This document shows, piece after piece, positions 1-9,204 of a DNA stretch of 29,378 nt; the stretch's first letter is position 1; every line of letters starts with the position of its first letter. Under the pieces are notes generated by a model. It saw nothing but the letters and a program-made list of their open reading frames with translations. It did not search any database and was not told where the DNA came from. Made by a program: the position numbers and the translations under genes. The stretch comes from a virus (taxonomy: Duplodnaviria; Caudoviricetes). The stretch is taken from positions 1-29,378 of the IMG/VR virus record IMGVR_UViG_3300026260_000659. One strand, given 5' to 3'.

Positions 1-589
1 CATCTATAACTTTACAACTCCAACCAAATGATGATATTCTTTCTTGTAAATTATCATACATAATACTAAAATCTTTTGAGTATCCATCATTTTGTCCTTT
101 GTTCCAATCTATAATACAAACTAAATTCGTTAACCCAGTTTTAGGATAGTACATTAATGATTCCCAAACTTGTCCTTCTTGTAATTCTCCATCACCCAAT
201 ACACAAAATATAGTTCCATTTATATCTTGTAGGTGTTGTCCAATTGAATGTCCTATTGCTATACTTAATCCTTGTCCTAAAGAACCTGTAGTAGCATCCA
301 TCAATGGTAATCTTAATTTGTCTGGATGTCCTTGTAGTGGTGAATCAATTTCTCTAAACAAATCTAATTCTTCATCTGTTATTTGTCCTAACTCATGTAG
401 TACTGCATAAATGATAGGAACTGCATGTCCTTTAGATAAAATCAATTTATCTTTACCACCAATATCATAATCTTCATACAATACACTTGTTAATTCTGCC
501 ATAGAAAATGCACCACCAATATGTCCTGATTGTTTATCAACAACCATATCTATAACCTTTTTTCTTAATACATTAGGATTTATTTTCAT
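1..589 (-). CDS. Transketolase, N-terminal TPP-binding subunit (3' end runs off the window)
   Basis: Not in the ORF track because it has no stop in the window. Manual translation from ATG at 589 gives MKINPNVLRKKVIDMVVDKQSGHIGGAFSMAE...LILSKGHAVP...LQGHP...TTGSLGQGLSIAIG...VLGDGELQEGQVWE...IIDWN. These are the SGH, SKGH, GHP, GSLGQG and GDG...N thiamine-diphosphate motifs. Confidence 0.92.
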   Translation of the reverse strand, partial: MKINPNVLRKKVIDMVVDKQSGHIGGAFSMAELTSVLYEDYDIGGKDKLILSKGHAVPIIYAVLHELGQITDEELDLFREIDSPLQGHPDKLRLPLMDATTGSLGQGLSIAIGHSIGQHLQDINGTIFCVLGDGELQEGQVWESLMYYPKTGLTNLVCIIDWNKGQNDGYSKDFSIMYDNLQERISSFGWSCKVID

Positions 590-1211
590 TATATACTTTC
601 TCCTTTAATAACCCAACTGAAATGTGAGTTATCTTTGATAAGATATCTTCAAAATGGAAATTGTTATTATTACCCCCTGTTTGTCCAGGGAACTCTGAAG
701 TTCCTTTAAGAGATATAGTTAAGTCTGCAAACTCATTACAATTATTTACAGCATTTCTTGTAACCAAGATGGTTTTCATTTCCTTTTCTCTAGCAACTCT
801 AAATGCCTCTAATACATTCTTTGAATTTCCAGAACCTGACATTCCAAATACAACATCACCTTTAACACCTTGATATTTTAATTGTTCACTAAATATAAAT
901 CTAAACCCTAAGTCATTACTAACACCAGTAATAGTTGCTTGATCACTACATAAACTAACACACTTAAAGTTATTTCGTGGAATAGTTTGTACACCTTTAT
1001 CTTCTGATACAAATGGGTGCATATTCATATCCACTACTAAGTTCTGTACTGAAGCCACATTACCACCATTACCACATGCAAATACTGTTTGTTCATTATC
1101 ATATGCCTCAAACATCATTTCAACAAACTCTATAATTTTACTTGTTGGTATGTTGTGAAACTCATTTGATGATTCTGTCTTATATAAATCAATTAGTTTT
1201 CTTTTATCCAT
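573..1211 (-). CDS. gmhA: SIS-domain phosphosugar isomerase, GmhA (phosphoheptose isomerase)-like with variant active site
   Basis: ACGNGG, ITGVSNDLGF..IFSEQL, GDVVFGMSGSGNSKNVLEAF match the GmhA/DiaA SIS fold. Start placed at ATG 1211 (MDKRK), overlapping the upstream stop; the ORF track starts at 1229. Confidence 0.8.
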   Translation of the reverse strand: MDKRKLIDLYKTESSNEFHNIPTSKIIEFVEMMFEAYDNEQTVFACGNGGNVASVQNLVVDMNMHPFVSEDKGVQTIPRNNFKCVSLCSDQATITGVSNDLGFRFIFSEQLKYQGVKGDVVFGMSGSGNSKNVLEAFRVAREKEMKTILVTRNAVNNCNEFADLTISLKGTSEFPGQTGGNNNNFHFEDILSKITHISVGLLKEKVYNENKS

Positions 1212-2871
1212 TATTATTTTCCTTATCAAAATATTTTGCTAACAAATACTTCCCATATAAGAATAAGAAGCTCCCATACTTTCCTTCTTTAAAATTATCA
1301 TAAAGTGTACAAATACTAAAATATTGTAATATCCCTAATAACTCAACTTGTTTCCAATCATAACCCTCATCTTCACAAAACTTTTTAAAAATATCCATAA
1401 ACGATATAAGATTACTCTTTGCATAAAAATCCAATGTAATATTTTCACCAACTCTATTATAATCAAACATATCTTTTAATATAGTTTGCCCATTAATCAT
1501 AATTGCGTGATATAATTTTCCTAAATCATAATAGACATCACCAATCTGTACACTATTACCAAACTTCTGTCTCCAATCTATCAATACAAACTTATCGTTC
1601 CTTTCATCATATATAATATTCTCTGGTTGTAAATCCCCATGAAAATATGATGGTATTGCATGTTGATAAAAATTCATCCAATCAACCTTGTCCAACATAT
1701 CTTTAATTGGTTCTACTTCTACACCATTAATAATTTTTATCTTATCAAGTTCTGAATCAATTAGTTTCTTTACTCTTTCTTTTGTTTTTCTTTCATACAT
1801 TTCTACACAATCATCCAAATAACGATTACCATTAATAAAAATTTCTTGCCATAAATTTTCTTCACAATCATACAAAAACTTTCTCAATAATTTCTCATTA
1901 GTTATATTTGAAAGTAGTTCTCCTTGAATATAATCATAAGAATACATATTATCATTTACAACTGATACTTCTGGACTCATACCATTTAAATATTTAGTTC
2001 TTTCTACTCGTTGTTTAGCTTTATCTGAATCATTAAAATACTTAACTACTTTTTCTTTATGTATAAAAATAGCCTCATCACTCTTATTGGCCACAACATC
2101 ATTACAAAAAACTTTTTTAGTATCATTGTAAGATTTATTATTTCCTGTATCATACCAAGTGAAATCAATCAATCTAATATTTTCTAAACCATCAAATCCA
2201 TGTATAACTTGGTACTCATCTTTCACTATTTGTTTATCTTCTAATGAATTCCAAAAGTCTTCATAATCATGTATACCTGCCATACCTACATAAGCTCTAT
2301 TACCTGTACCATAATATAAACTATCTAAATATTTACTTCCTTTTACTAAACAATAATCCATTGAATTTTCTATTGGTACTTCAGAAACACCCAACCAATT
2401 ATCTCCACCAAAAATAATATTTTCTTTAACTATTGTATCTACTGAAGTGAATATAAATGGAACTTGTAATTCATCTTTACAACACAACAAACTATATCCA
2501 GGTCCAGAACCAACTTCATCATAGTTATCAACTTCAACATATGTTATTTTTCTTTCATTATATACTGTATCAAGGTAAGTTTTTATTTGTTCTGACTTAT
2601 AACCAACTGCAATTACAATTTCTATTTTCTTATCTAACTTCTCAATAATATGAGATATAATAGGTTTATTTTCCAATGGTAATAAAGCTTTATGTAATCC
2701 ATCCACATCATTATTTCTTGTACCTCTTCCTGCAGCTAAAATACAGAATTTGAAATTATAACTAACTTCGGTATCACAATCTACACAATAATATAAAAAT
2801 TCATGAGCGTGTCCAAAATCACTAAATACTTTAACATGAGATTCACAATGGTTACAATAAGCAGTTTTCAT
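1204..2871 (-). CDS. Fusion: N-terminal Zn ribbon + sugar nucleotidyltransferase + APH/choline-kinase-like phosphotransferase
   Basis: CNHC...CVDC at the N-terminus; ILAAGRGTR...KALLPL and WYDTGN (NTP transferase); FHGDLQPENII...LIDWR...YYDLGKL (APH-like kinase motifs). Confidence 0.85.
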   Translation of the reverse strand: MKTAYCNHCESHVKVFSDFGHAHEFLYYCVDCDTEVSYNFKFCILAAGRGTRNNDVDGLHKALLPLENKPIISHIIEKLDKKIEIVIAVGYKSEQIKTYLDTVYNERKITYVEVDNYDEVGSGPGYSLLCCKDELQVPFIFTSVDTIVKENIIFGGDNWLGVSEVPIENSMDYCLVKGSKYLDSLYYGTGNRAYVGMAGIHDYEDFWNSLEDKQIVKDEYQVIHGFDGLENIRLIDFTWYDTGNNKSYNDTKKVFCNDVVANKSDEAIFIHKEKVVKYFNDSDKAKQRVERTKYLNGMSPEVSVVNDNMYSYDYIQGELLSNITNEKLLRKFLYDCEENLWQEIFINGNRYLDDCVEMYERKTKERVKKLIDSELDKIKIINGVEVEPIKDMLDKVDWMNFYQHAIPSYFHGDLQPENIIYDERNDKFVLIDWRQKFGNSVQIGDVYYDLGKLYHAIMINGQTILKDMFDYNRVGENITLDFYAKSNLISFMDIFKKFCEDEGYDWKQVELLGILQYFSICTLYDNFKEGKYGSFLFLYGKYLLAKYFDKENNNG

Positions 2872-3347
2872 TAATTGCCCTCATGTTCCTTTTTAATAAC
2901 ACCACTACTTCTATCTGAATCATCTTCAAATCTAATACAATCATTTAGATGAGCAGTAGAACATTCTAATGCTGTATAATCTGTTGTGGCTATAACTCTA
3001 TGTTTAGTTTTTAATGGTACACACCAACCATCTCCTACCTTGTATGTTCTCGATTCCATTGTACCATCTTCATTCTGTAACAAAACTTCTGCTTCACCTT
3101 CAATTACATAATTGGTTTCTACTTTCTTTTCATGCCATTGTAAACTACTCTGATAACCTTTGTTCATATGAATCAATTTATACGCATAGTGTTCATTTAA
3201 CTCCAACCATAATTCATATCCCCACGGCTTCTCAACTCTGTAAGAACTTACATCTAACCGATGTGATTTATTCTCATCAATTTTATCCTTATAATCTTCA
3301 AGTGCTTCTCTTACCCAATCATCTTTAATATGTTTATACTTTGACAT
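2871..3347 (-). CDS. Cupin protein, mannose-6-phosphate isomerase C-terminal-like
   Basis: VEKPWGYE...SLQWHEKKVET.YV..G...HRV...LECST. Start at ATG 3347 follows AAGGAG; the ORF track start is 3362. Confidence 0.8.
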   Translation of the reverse strand: MSKYKHIKDDWVREALEDYKDKIDENKSHRLDVSSYRVEKPWGYELWLELNEHYAYKLIHMNKGYQSSLQWHEKKVETNYVIEGEAEVLLQNEDGTMESRTYKVGDGWCVPLKTKHRVIATTDYTALECSTAHLNDCIRFEDDSDRSSGVIKKEHEGN

Positions 3348-3696
3348 CTTTAACTCCTTCATTCCTTGTTACATTTATAGCAAAGGCAGTATCCTCAGTT
3401 CTACCACTTTTTCTATCATTAATTAAAATTCTATCTCCACCGCCAAATCCCATTATCAATTGGTCGTAAAGTATTCCTGCTCTCTGTAATTGTTTAACTG
3501 TAGCTTCACGAGAACTTTCTTTTCTACCAGTAGTTATAACTAAGTGATAACTATTAACATCAATTTTATATAACAACTCATCTACTCCTGGAAGTACTTC
3601 TAATTCATAATTTGGGTCTTGTACAATTCTTACATCACCAGGGTGTTTTACAAGTGTTCCATCTAAATCACAAAATATTGTTTTTGGTTTACTCAT
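3334..3696 (-). CDS. Small HAD-superfamily phosphatase (capsule-biosynthesis phosphatase-like)
   Basis: IFCDLDGTL (motif I), ITTGR (motif II), LINDRK (motif IV); capless, 120 aa. Confidence 0.82.
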   Translation of the reverse strand: MSKPKTIFCDLDGTLVKHPGDVRIVQDPNYELEVLPGVDELLYKIDVNSYHLVITTGRKESSREATVKQLQRAGILYDQLIMGFGGGDRILINDRKSGRTEDTAFAINVTRNEGVKDVKV

Positions 3697-4256
3697 CTTT
3701 TAAACTCCACTAATGCTGCCTCACTATCTTCTAAACTAAGCCACTCTGTTGATCTGTCTAACCCAAACCTTGTAAGTTCTCCACCTAATCTTGCAGCCAT
3801 TTCGTTTGCAGCCTTTTTAACTCCCCAATATCGTTTATCACCATAATCATCATAAATAATAGTATGTACTTTTGGTAATTTTAAAGCATGTGCTGTGTCC
3901 ATTTTGGCATGGTCATAATCATGTACACAATCAATTAAAACTACTTCTACATTTTTCCATTTATCCCATTTCCACTCAGTTTTATATGCATCCATATGTT
4001 CATAAGTTACATTATCTCTATCTTTACAAAGCCAATTATCATCAATTGGATTATGATTTATACAATACACATGACTAAATAATTCTGATAATATCAATGT
4101 TGTGTGGCCCATATGACATCCAACTTCTAAAACTTCTCCTGTACTACCATCGAACTTATCAATTATAAAATTTTTAAATGCATGGGAAGTAGTTTGTTTA
4201 TGGTGAAACTTATCTGGAAGTTCCAACACCAATTCTTTTAGTTGGTCTGGATTCAT
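3693..4256 (-). CDS. Class I SAM-dependent methyltransferase (Methyltransf_24-like)
   Basis: VLEVGCHMGHTT, VLIDCVHDY, IIYDDY, GVKKA motifs. Confidence 0.8.
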   Translation of the reverse strand: MNPDQLKELVLELPDKFHHKQTTSHAFKNFIIDKFDGSTGEVLEVGCHMGHTTLILSELFSHVYCINHNPIDDNWLCKDRDNVTYEHMDAYKTEWKWDKWKNVEVVLIDCVHDYDHAKMDTAHALKLPKVHTIIYDDYGDKRYWGVKKAANEMAARLGGELTRFGLDRSTEWLSLEDSEAALVEFKR

Positions 4257-4888
4257 ATTAACTCCGAATATAATTTGTTTTGTTCTTCTTGTTTTGATAT
4301 AGTTTTAACATGATACAAACTTAACTCTTCTTGTGGCGGTAGATGTGAATATGTTTTACAACCATCTATTTGTTCATGTACTTTTCTTCTCCATCTAATA
4401 TCTGGAGAGTTTCTAAATACTCTTGATTGAAAATCTGGATAATTAATCCACCCTTGTTCTGTAGATTTCCAACCCCAATGATTCATATGTTCTTGTGTGA
4501 TTCCCTCAACTATATTTACTCTTGGTATCCAAATTAAATCTACTTCATTTATTTCTAAAACTTTTTTTATATCTCTTAATAATATCTCATGTGGATATTC
4601 ATCGGCATCTATGTGGAAAATGTAATCTCCACTTGAATTTTCTATGATTGAATTTTTTTGTGATGCAAAATCACCATCAAGTTTTCTCTGATACACTTTG
4701 ATAGTTTTCATATCGGAGTGTCCATATTGTTGAACCCATGATTGAATTACAAATTGAGTTTCTTCATCTGAATAATCATCACAAATAACTATCTCATCTT
4801 CTACATCGGTTTTATGTATTAGAATTTCTAATAACTTGTTGAGTTCATCGGCCTCATTGTGAACTGTTATTCCATAACTTATTTTCAT
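4253..4888 (-). CDS. Glycosyltransferase family 2 (GT-A)
   Basis: ISYGITVHNE, ICDDYS, FASQKN, YIFHIDADE (DxD), PDFQSRVF, VHEQI. Confidence 0.9.
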   Translation of the reverse strand: MKISYGITVHNEADELNKLLEILIHKTDVEDEIVICDDYSDEETQFVIQSWVQQYGHSDMKTIKVYQRKLDGDFASQKNSIIENSSGDYIFHIDADEYPHEILLRDIKKVLEINEVDLIWIPRVNIVEGITQEHMNHWGWKSTEQGWINYPDFQSRVFRNSPDIRWRRKVHEQIDGCKTYSHLPPQEELSLYHVKTISKQEEQNKLYSELI

Positions 4889-5370
4889 GATTCAAATAAC
4901 TTCTCGTATTGTCTCGTTAATTCATCATCAAATTTATCTAAAGTATCTTTTGGTATATTCATATAATCCATCTCTAAATAAACTCTTCTCTTTCTACATT
5001 CTCGTCTACTATATGTTCTCAAATAATCATAAAATGGTCTTAACCTACCTGTTAACTTTACAGTTTGAGCCTTACTCAATCTATCTGGTAAATCTCCAGC
5101 AACTGCACCCTCTTCAAATTCTAAACCACCAACTCTTTTAAATAACATCTCTAACTTACTTTCAGTAATTGGTCTTGTAATTTGTGTATCTAATTGAATA
5201 CCAACTACAAATCTTTTAATTCTACCTGTAGTTTTCTTTCTGTATCTCATATCAGGATTAATTATCAATACAGTTCTCTTGTATCCACGACTTTCACCTT
5301 CTGATTTATATATAAAAGTTACAATTTGTCCTGGTTCAACTGAATGCCATGCTATATTTCTAAGAGCCAC
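4885..5370 (-). CDS. Hypothetical protein
   Basis: 161-aa ORF overlapping both neighbours in the operon; no recognised motif. Confidence 0.7.
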   Translation of the reverse strand: MALRNIAWHSVEPGQIVTFIYKSEGESRGYKRTVLIINPDMRYRKKTTGRIKRFVVGIQLDTQITRPITESKLEMLFKRVGGLEFEEGAVAGDLPDRLSKAQTVKLTGRLRPFYDYLRTYSRRECRKRRVYLEMDYMNIPKDTLDKFDDELTRQYEKLFES

Positions 5371-5815
5371 TTTTTAAATCCTTTACTATTCCCATTTTTT
5401 GACAACACTCTAAAAATTCATATTGTCCAAACTCTTGTGAATTCTCTACATCTAACATTTGAGTATGACCTTTGTACTTTTCATCCTTTTGTTCTTCTTT
5501 CGTTAACTTACGAACTTGAGCTAATTTATAAGTCCAATTTGTAGAAGTTCCCTCTGGATATATCATACCCAACTCTCCCATATTAACAATGGAAGGAAAC
5601 CACATTATCTCTCTGTCTTCATCATAAAAACAAACATCATTCATCAATTGTGTTGCTCCCAATTGAGCAGTTTTCAATTCATTACTACCATATTTAAATG
5701 TAGTGTTAGAATTATACCCACACTTAAAACACATAAAAGAACTAAATTCTTTTTGCATCTCTTCAAAACAATGGTCTGTATCAAAACATACTGGACAATC
5801 TATTACTCTTTCCAT
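5360..5815 (-). CDS. Hypothetical protein with N-terminal Zn-finger-like Cys pairs
   Basis: CPVC...C...CFKCG; tightly packed in the operon. Confidence 0.75.
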   Translation of the reverse strand: MERVIDCPVCFDTDHCFEEMQKEFSSFMCFKCGYNSNTTFKYGSNELKTAQLGATQLMNDVCFYDEDREIMWFPSIVNMGELGMIYPEGTSTNWTYKLAQVRKLTKEEQKDEKYKGHTQMLDVENSQEFGQYEFLECCQKMGIVKDLKSGS

Positions 5816-5816
5816 A

Positions 5817-7145
5817 CTATTTACCCTTTTTTAACTTAGGTAATTTCAACTTACCCTTTTCAGTTTTCTCTTCAACTTTTTGTAATTTAGGTAATTTTAA
5901 TTCAACTTGTTGTGGTACTGATTCTATTAAAGGTGTTATTATTTTATCTAATTTTTCTCTCATCTTCTCATAACTAAATAGTGATTTAGTGTAAACTTGT
6001 AATTGTTTTGATTTAACTAAATGTTTAGTATAGTTTTTCACTACATCCTGCATTATTTGTGAAGCATGTTGATAGTTAGTCTGAAACCATTGTGAGCCGT
6101 CAAAATAGATTTCTTTTGGAAAAGAATTTTTAGGAACTTTAACCAAACTACCACTCAACAATACAGAATAATTTGGATTTAAAAAATCTATTTGTCCACT
6201 CCAACCTGGTGCAATTACTGGTTTAGCACTTTGAGCTGCCTCTAACAGTGGTCTACCAAATCCCTCACCATGTGTGAAAGAAATATGAGCCTTTACTTTT
6301 GGATGATTATACATTTGATTCATTTCCTCGTCTGTTAAATCTCCGTGTATCAAATATACTGAAGGTAATATTCCTTTAATATCACCTTTAATGGTTTTTA
6401 TTTTACTTAAAATCTCTTCTCTATCTATTACTGAAAATGTAGCACCACTTGTTTTTAAAATAAGTCCTGGAGGATTCTTTTGATTCTTAAATGTTTCACA
6501 AAACACTTTAATCAACATTCCTAAATCTTTTCTATCTTCACCAAGCTTACCACTTAACCAATGACCTGTAGATAAAAAATTAAAATCATTATCAATGACA
6601 TCAAAGGTTTCTTTAACCAGTTCACTTATTTCTTTCGTTGGTTTATAAACATCAGTATCCACTCCTTCAAATAAAGTATCCATTGGCTTAGTTACTTTAA
6701 GAAGTGGCCCTTTATTTCCATGTTTATCTTGTTGTTCAAATTCACAACTTTCAAATCCATGTTTAGAAAATTTAGAAGTCAATATATTCAAATCCATTCT
6801 ATTCATACCTTCAACCCATTGTGGTGGTGGTACAGTTGTTTCTATACCAGCAGTCATACCTATATTCTTTTTACCCAATGGATTAAATTCATTCGGAACT
6901 ACAATATGGATATGTAAATCAGGTTGTTTTGGTAAACTTGGTTCATTTAACATACACTCTTTTATTCTATCGTGTATTGGATTACCATCTTCCAATGCAT
7001 TCATTGGTGTATTTCCCCAACGAACTGGGTTTACCTTAACTTCATATTTATCTAAATCAATTAAAGCACTAACAATATCTCGTGAATGATTTCCATATCC
7101 ACTTCTTGTTGCTATAGGTGCTGTAACTAAAATTAATGGTTTCAT
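5817..7145 (-). CDS. Glycosyltransferase, GT-B fold (GT4-like)
   Basis: RSGYGNHSR, GHWL...DRKD, FTHGEGFGRPLLEAA, WSGQIDFL; C-terminal tail has two LKLPKL motifs. Confidence 0.88.
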   Translation of the reverse strand: MKPLILVTAPIATRSGYGNHSRDIVSALIDLDKYEVKVNPVRWGNTPMNALEDGNPIHDRIKECMLNEPSLPKQPDLHIHIVVPNEFNPLGKKNIGMTAGIETTVPPPQWVEGMNRMDLNILTSKFSKHGFESCEFEQQDKHGNKGPLLKVTKPMDTLFEGVDTDVYKPTKEISELVKETFDVIDNDFNFLSTGHWLSGKLGEDRKDLGMLIKVFCETFKNQKNPPGLILKTSGATFSVIDREEILSKIKTIKGDIKGILPSVYLIHGDLTDEEMNQMYNHPKVKAHISFTHGEGFGRPLLEAAQSAKPVIAPGWSGQIDFLNPNYSVLLSGSLVKVPKNSFPKEIYFDGSQWFQTNYQHASQIMQDVVKNYTKHLVKSKQLQVYTKSLFSYEKMREKLDKIITPLIESVPQQVELKLPKLQKVEEKTEKGKLKLPKLKKGK

Positions 7146-7148
7146 TTA

Positions 7149-7331
7149 CTACTCCCAGATTCTTGCTAATCTACGGATGAAACCAAGTGTGGCTCCGAAT
7201 CCAAATGCTATTGCGGCTACTTGTAAATTTTCCATATATAGTGCTACAGCAGATAACATATATGTAGCAAATCTCACTACACCATATAGTGAAAAATTAC
7301 CACTTGCTTCTACAAATTGCTGTCTTGTCAT
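7149..7331 (-). CDS. Small hydrophobic membrane protein (two predicted TM segments)
   Basis: 60 aa with two hydrophobic stretches; TAATG coupling to the upstream gene. Confidence 0.65.
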   Translation of the reverse strand: MTRQQFVEASGNFSLYGVVRFATYMLSAVALYMENLQVAAIAFGFGATLGFIRRLARIWE

Positions 7332-7501
7332 TATTTACCTCTTTTTTTAGGGAATGCTGGTGATAGTAATTTCTTCATTCCATTTATAACTCTTGTCCAA
7401 AATGCATCTACTGGATTACTATTTTTTCGTCTATCAACTTTTCGTCTTGAAATTTTTCTTGTTACTTTTCTTGTTGGTTTTTGTTTCTTTGCTCTTGGCA
7501 T
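7331..7501 (-). CDS. Small highly basic hypothetical protein
   Basis: Start at ATG 7501 (MPRAKKQK) after AAGGAG; Lys/Arg-rich N-half then an amphipathic segment. The ORF track start 7552 overlaps the upstream gene. Confidence 0.65.
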   Translation of the reverse strand: MPRAKKQKPTRKVTRKISRRKVDRRKNSNPVDAFWTRVINGMKKLLSPAFPKKRGK

Positions 7502-7512
7502 TTTATTTCTCC

Positions 7513-8946
7513 TTATACCTTGTATGTATGTATTCGTTTTCTTGGTGTCCATTTTTCAAATGCTGTTTCCATGTGATTGATAAAATTCTTACCCATCCAT
7601 CGAACACTTTGCATCGATTCATCACCCTTTGCGAATTCATGTCCTTTTAATCCACATTCTTTTCTTGATTCTTTACCCATTTCATACCATTGTTTAATAG
7701 CATTTCCTGCGTCTTCCCAATCACATCTATCATCGAAAATATATGGTGTTGGTACTGAACCCATTAGTGAACGAGTCTTAGGCCAAACTGGTTTACACCA
7801 TTCACCCCAAGTTAATTCTTCATTGTGTTCCCACTTCTTCCAATCGTGAAGTGATTTAATTTCTTTATAATCTTCTGAAGTTAATAATTTATCTTTAACT
7901 TTAAATCCTGCTTGGTCTTGTAATCCACCTGTAACATTTACAATGATTGGTGTTCCACACATTATAGATTCACAAGTTCCCAATCCAAATCCCTCATTAG
8001 AAGCAAGATTCATTGTAACATCTGAAATATTATATAAAAAATTCATTTGTTTATTATCAAGTTTTTGGTGTGAGAATATCACTTGACATTCTGGAGCTAA
8101 AGCCCCAATAAGTGCTGGAATATCAGTTCCATTGTCATCAATAGGTTGTGTATGCATTACATAAGCAACTCTATCTTGTTTCTCTTTTGGTAAAGTATTC
8201 ACAAATTCCTTAAATGCTAAAATAGAATCTCCCACCATTTTTCTACGAATATTTCTATTCACATATAATAAAATAAAATCAATTGGTTTATTACCTATTA
8301 ATGCCTGTTTAAAACTTTTCATTTCCAATAACTCATCTTTATCTGTAATTGGATAATAATATTCTTCATTAGCTCCATGTGGTGAATAAGTTGAATTCCA
8401 ATCTGTTCTTGGTTTTCTTGTACAAACATCATTTACAATTGCAACAGTTTGTTTAGAAATATTCATAATCAAATCACAACTCTCATAATAATTTTGATTA
8501 TACTTTGGAGCTGGCCAATCATCCCAGATATTGTAATAAAAGATTGGAATGTTTTGTCTAATTTCATGTTCCATTTGATATAACCAAATCCAAAATCGTG
8601 GGTCTGTATAATGTAATATTGCATCTGGTTTTTCTACTTTAATTAAATGTCTCATCATATCAGGATTACCATAACCACTTGTTGGATATATTTTTAAAGA
8701 CGCGTCATAAATACCTGTTTCTTCTCTAACTGATTCATCTAAATCAAATATTTTCCCCTCTTCAGGATGTTTAATAGCTCCACCAACTTGTACCCAATCG
8801 TATTTATCAAGTGTTGACATAACAAATTCTCTTGACATTGTTCCAACACCGCTTGACATACGAAGGTCATCTGATAGTAATAATATCTTTTTCTTTTTTC
8901 GTGATTTCTTTACTGATTTTAATTTTGGTAATTTTAATTCTGACAT
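7513..8946 (-). CDS. Glycosyltransferase, GT-B fold (GT4-like)
   Basis: LLSDDLRMSSGVGTMSR, NRNIRRK, ASNEGFGLGTCES..CGTPIIVNVTGGLQDQ; N-terminal ELKLPKL motif. Confidence 0.88.
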   Translation of the reverse strand: MSELKLPKLKSVKKSRKKKKILLLSDDLRMSSGVGTMSREFVMSTLDKYDWVQVGGAIKHPEEGKIFDLDESVREETGIYDASLKIYPTSGYGNPDMMRHLIKVEKPDAILHYTDPRFWIWLYQMEHEIRQNIPIFYYNIWDDWPAPKYNQNYYESCDLIMNISKQTVAIVNDVCTRKPRTDWNSTYSPHGANEEYYYPITDKDELLEMKSFKQALIGNKPIDFILLYVNRNIRRKMVGDSILAFKEFVNTLPKEKQDRVAYVMHTQPIDDNGTDIPALIGALAPECQVIFSHQKLDNKQMNFLYNISDVTMNLASNEGFGLGTCESIMCGTPIIVNVTGGLQDQAGFKVKDKLLTSEDYKEIKSLHDWKKWEHNEELTWGEWCKPVWPKTRSLMGSVPTPYIFDDRCDWEDAGNAIKQWYEMGKESRKECGLKGHEFAKGDESMQSVRWMGKNFINHMETAFEKWTPRKRIHTYKV

Positions 8947-8968
8947 TTATAACCTTTGTTGTTTTTAT

Positions 8969-9163
8969 TTAAAATTTACTTCCGCTTTGATGTAGGTTAT
9001 CGTGTTCGAGAATTTTCTTTCTCAACTCCTCATCATAAACAAATAAGTCAAGAGTTCTATTCACTAATTTCTGTAGTGAAAATTCATTCTCAACTGTTTC
9101 GTTTTTAAATTTCTTGTATAGCTCCGATATTACTTTTACCGAAGTCAATTTAACTTCATTCAT
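8969..9163 (-). CDS. Small hypothetical protein, possibly ribbon-helix-helix-like DNA-binding
   Basis: 64 aa with LTSVKV (strand), ELYKKFK (helix), SLQKLVNRTLDLF (helix); GAGGA RBS upstream. Confidence 0.6.
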   Translation of the reverse strand: MNEVKLTSVKVISELYKKFKNETVENEFSLQKLVNRTLDLFVYDEELRKKILEHDNLHQSGSKF

Positions 9164-9190
9164 AACTTTTCCTCATGATTGTATATATGT

Positions 9191-9200
9191 ATATAAATAT
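9191..9200 (-). promoter_or_regulatory. Putative promoter element ATATTTATAT (TATTTAT class)
   Basis: Intergenic, about 30 nt upstream of the 64-aa gene; the same core recurs at 12316-12323 and 16332-16339. Confidence 0.4.
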
Positions 9201-9204
9201 ATAC

